Of a stretch of DNA of 64,000 bases, positions 63,745 to 64,000 are shown piece after piece. Origin of the DNA: Armatimonadota bacterium. Its GTDB lineage: Bacteria; Armatimonadota; SYMT01. The stretch lies in assembly GCA_046292385.1 (NCBI GenBank), contig JBKBRF010000028.1, positions 30,305 through 94,304 of the forward strand, given 5' to 3'. Under the pieces are notes generated by a model that saw nothing but the letters and a program-made list of their open reading frames with translations, did not search any database and was not told where the DNA came from. The position numbers and the translations under genes are program-made. The stretch's first letter is position 1. Each line of letters starts with the position of its first letter.

Positions 63745-63932
63745 CCCTTAGGCAGCCAAAGTGTGAGGCTTTCCGCCTCCTTGGCATGGGAGCAACCAAA
63801 CCTGCCGGTCTCATTCGGTTCCCGGCAATAGGAAAGAAAGCGCTGAACCGTATTCCGCGATAGGTTCTCCAGCGTGGGGTCTAGCCCAAGTTCCGCAGTT
63901 GGTGGTGGCAGATTACTGCCACCACCTTTTTT
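63745..63932 (+). ncRNA. Candidate structured RNA or attenuator leader (unidentified)
   Basis: Four consecutive hairpins followed by a perfect intrinsic terminator; lower GC than flanks; boundaries approximate. Confidence 0.4.
63901..63932 (+). terminator. Rho-independent terminator
   Basis: GGTGGTGGCAG-ATTA-CTGCCACCACC-TTTTTT. Confidence 0.9.
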
Positions 63933-64000
63933 CGTGCCTGACTGGCGGTTGCGCTACGAGGTCTCCACCGAGTTACAGGCATGGCTGCCGCCGCATTGCC

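Noticed and set aside
63786..63863. 25-aa ORF (MGATKPAGLIRFPAIGKKALNRIPR) as a leader peptide or type I toxin
   Set aside because: No RBS, no hydrophobic helix and no run of regulatory codons.

Overview
High-GC chromosomal window, probably from an Armatimonadota-like bacterium. This is inferred from the '[28 protein letters not shown]' DUF1559 pilins, DUF1501/PSD1 cytochrome genes, futalosine-pathway MqnE and stalk-domain secreted proteins. About 55 genes are supportable; most other long ORFs in the track are GC-rich shadow frames. Main contents: (1) sugar/cofactor genes (SSS and MFS transporters, ROK kinase, lipB, apbE, Tat oxidoreductase); (2) two pilin-like genes plus phoD behind an 11-bp-periodic Pho-box-like array; (3) a compact candidate protease-signalling locus at 16.7-23.4 kb: secreted RRGRGGDD protein, ECF sigma factor, soluble Zn-type anti-sigma, TPR-CHAT caspase-like protease and secreted S8 subtilase, with a duplicated ECF-like promoter motif and a peptide motif shared by the two secreted proteins; (4) several tandem paralog pairs; (5) a complete type I-C CRISPR-Cas locus (cas3-5-8c-7-4-1-2, 15 repeats and 14 spacers) with a perfect CGAAC-N4-GTTCG LexA-type box before cas3, a compositionally foreign cas8c/5'-cas7, an internal Cas11 start, and an ATA start codon on cas2; (6) several families of heptamer-based and REP-like intergenic repeats, and three candidate structured RNAs. 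No rRNA, tRNA, transposase or reverse transcriptase was seen. Product calls come from motif recognition by eye, not database searches.
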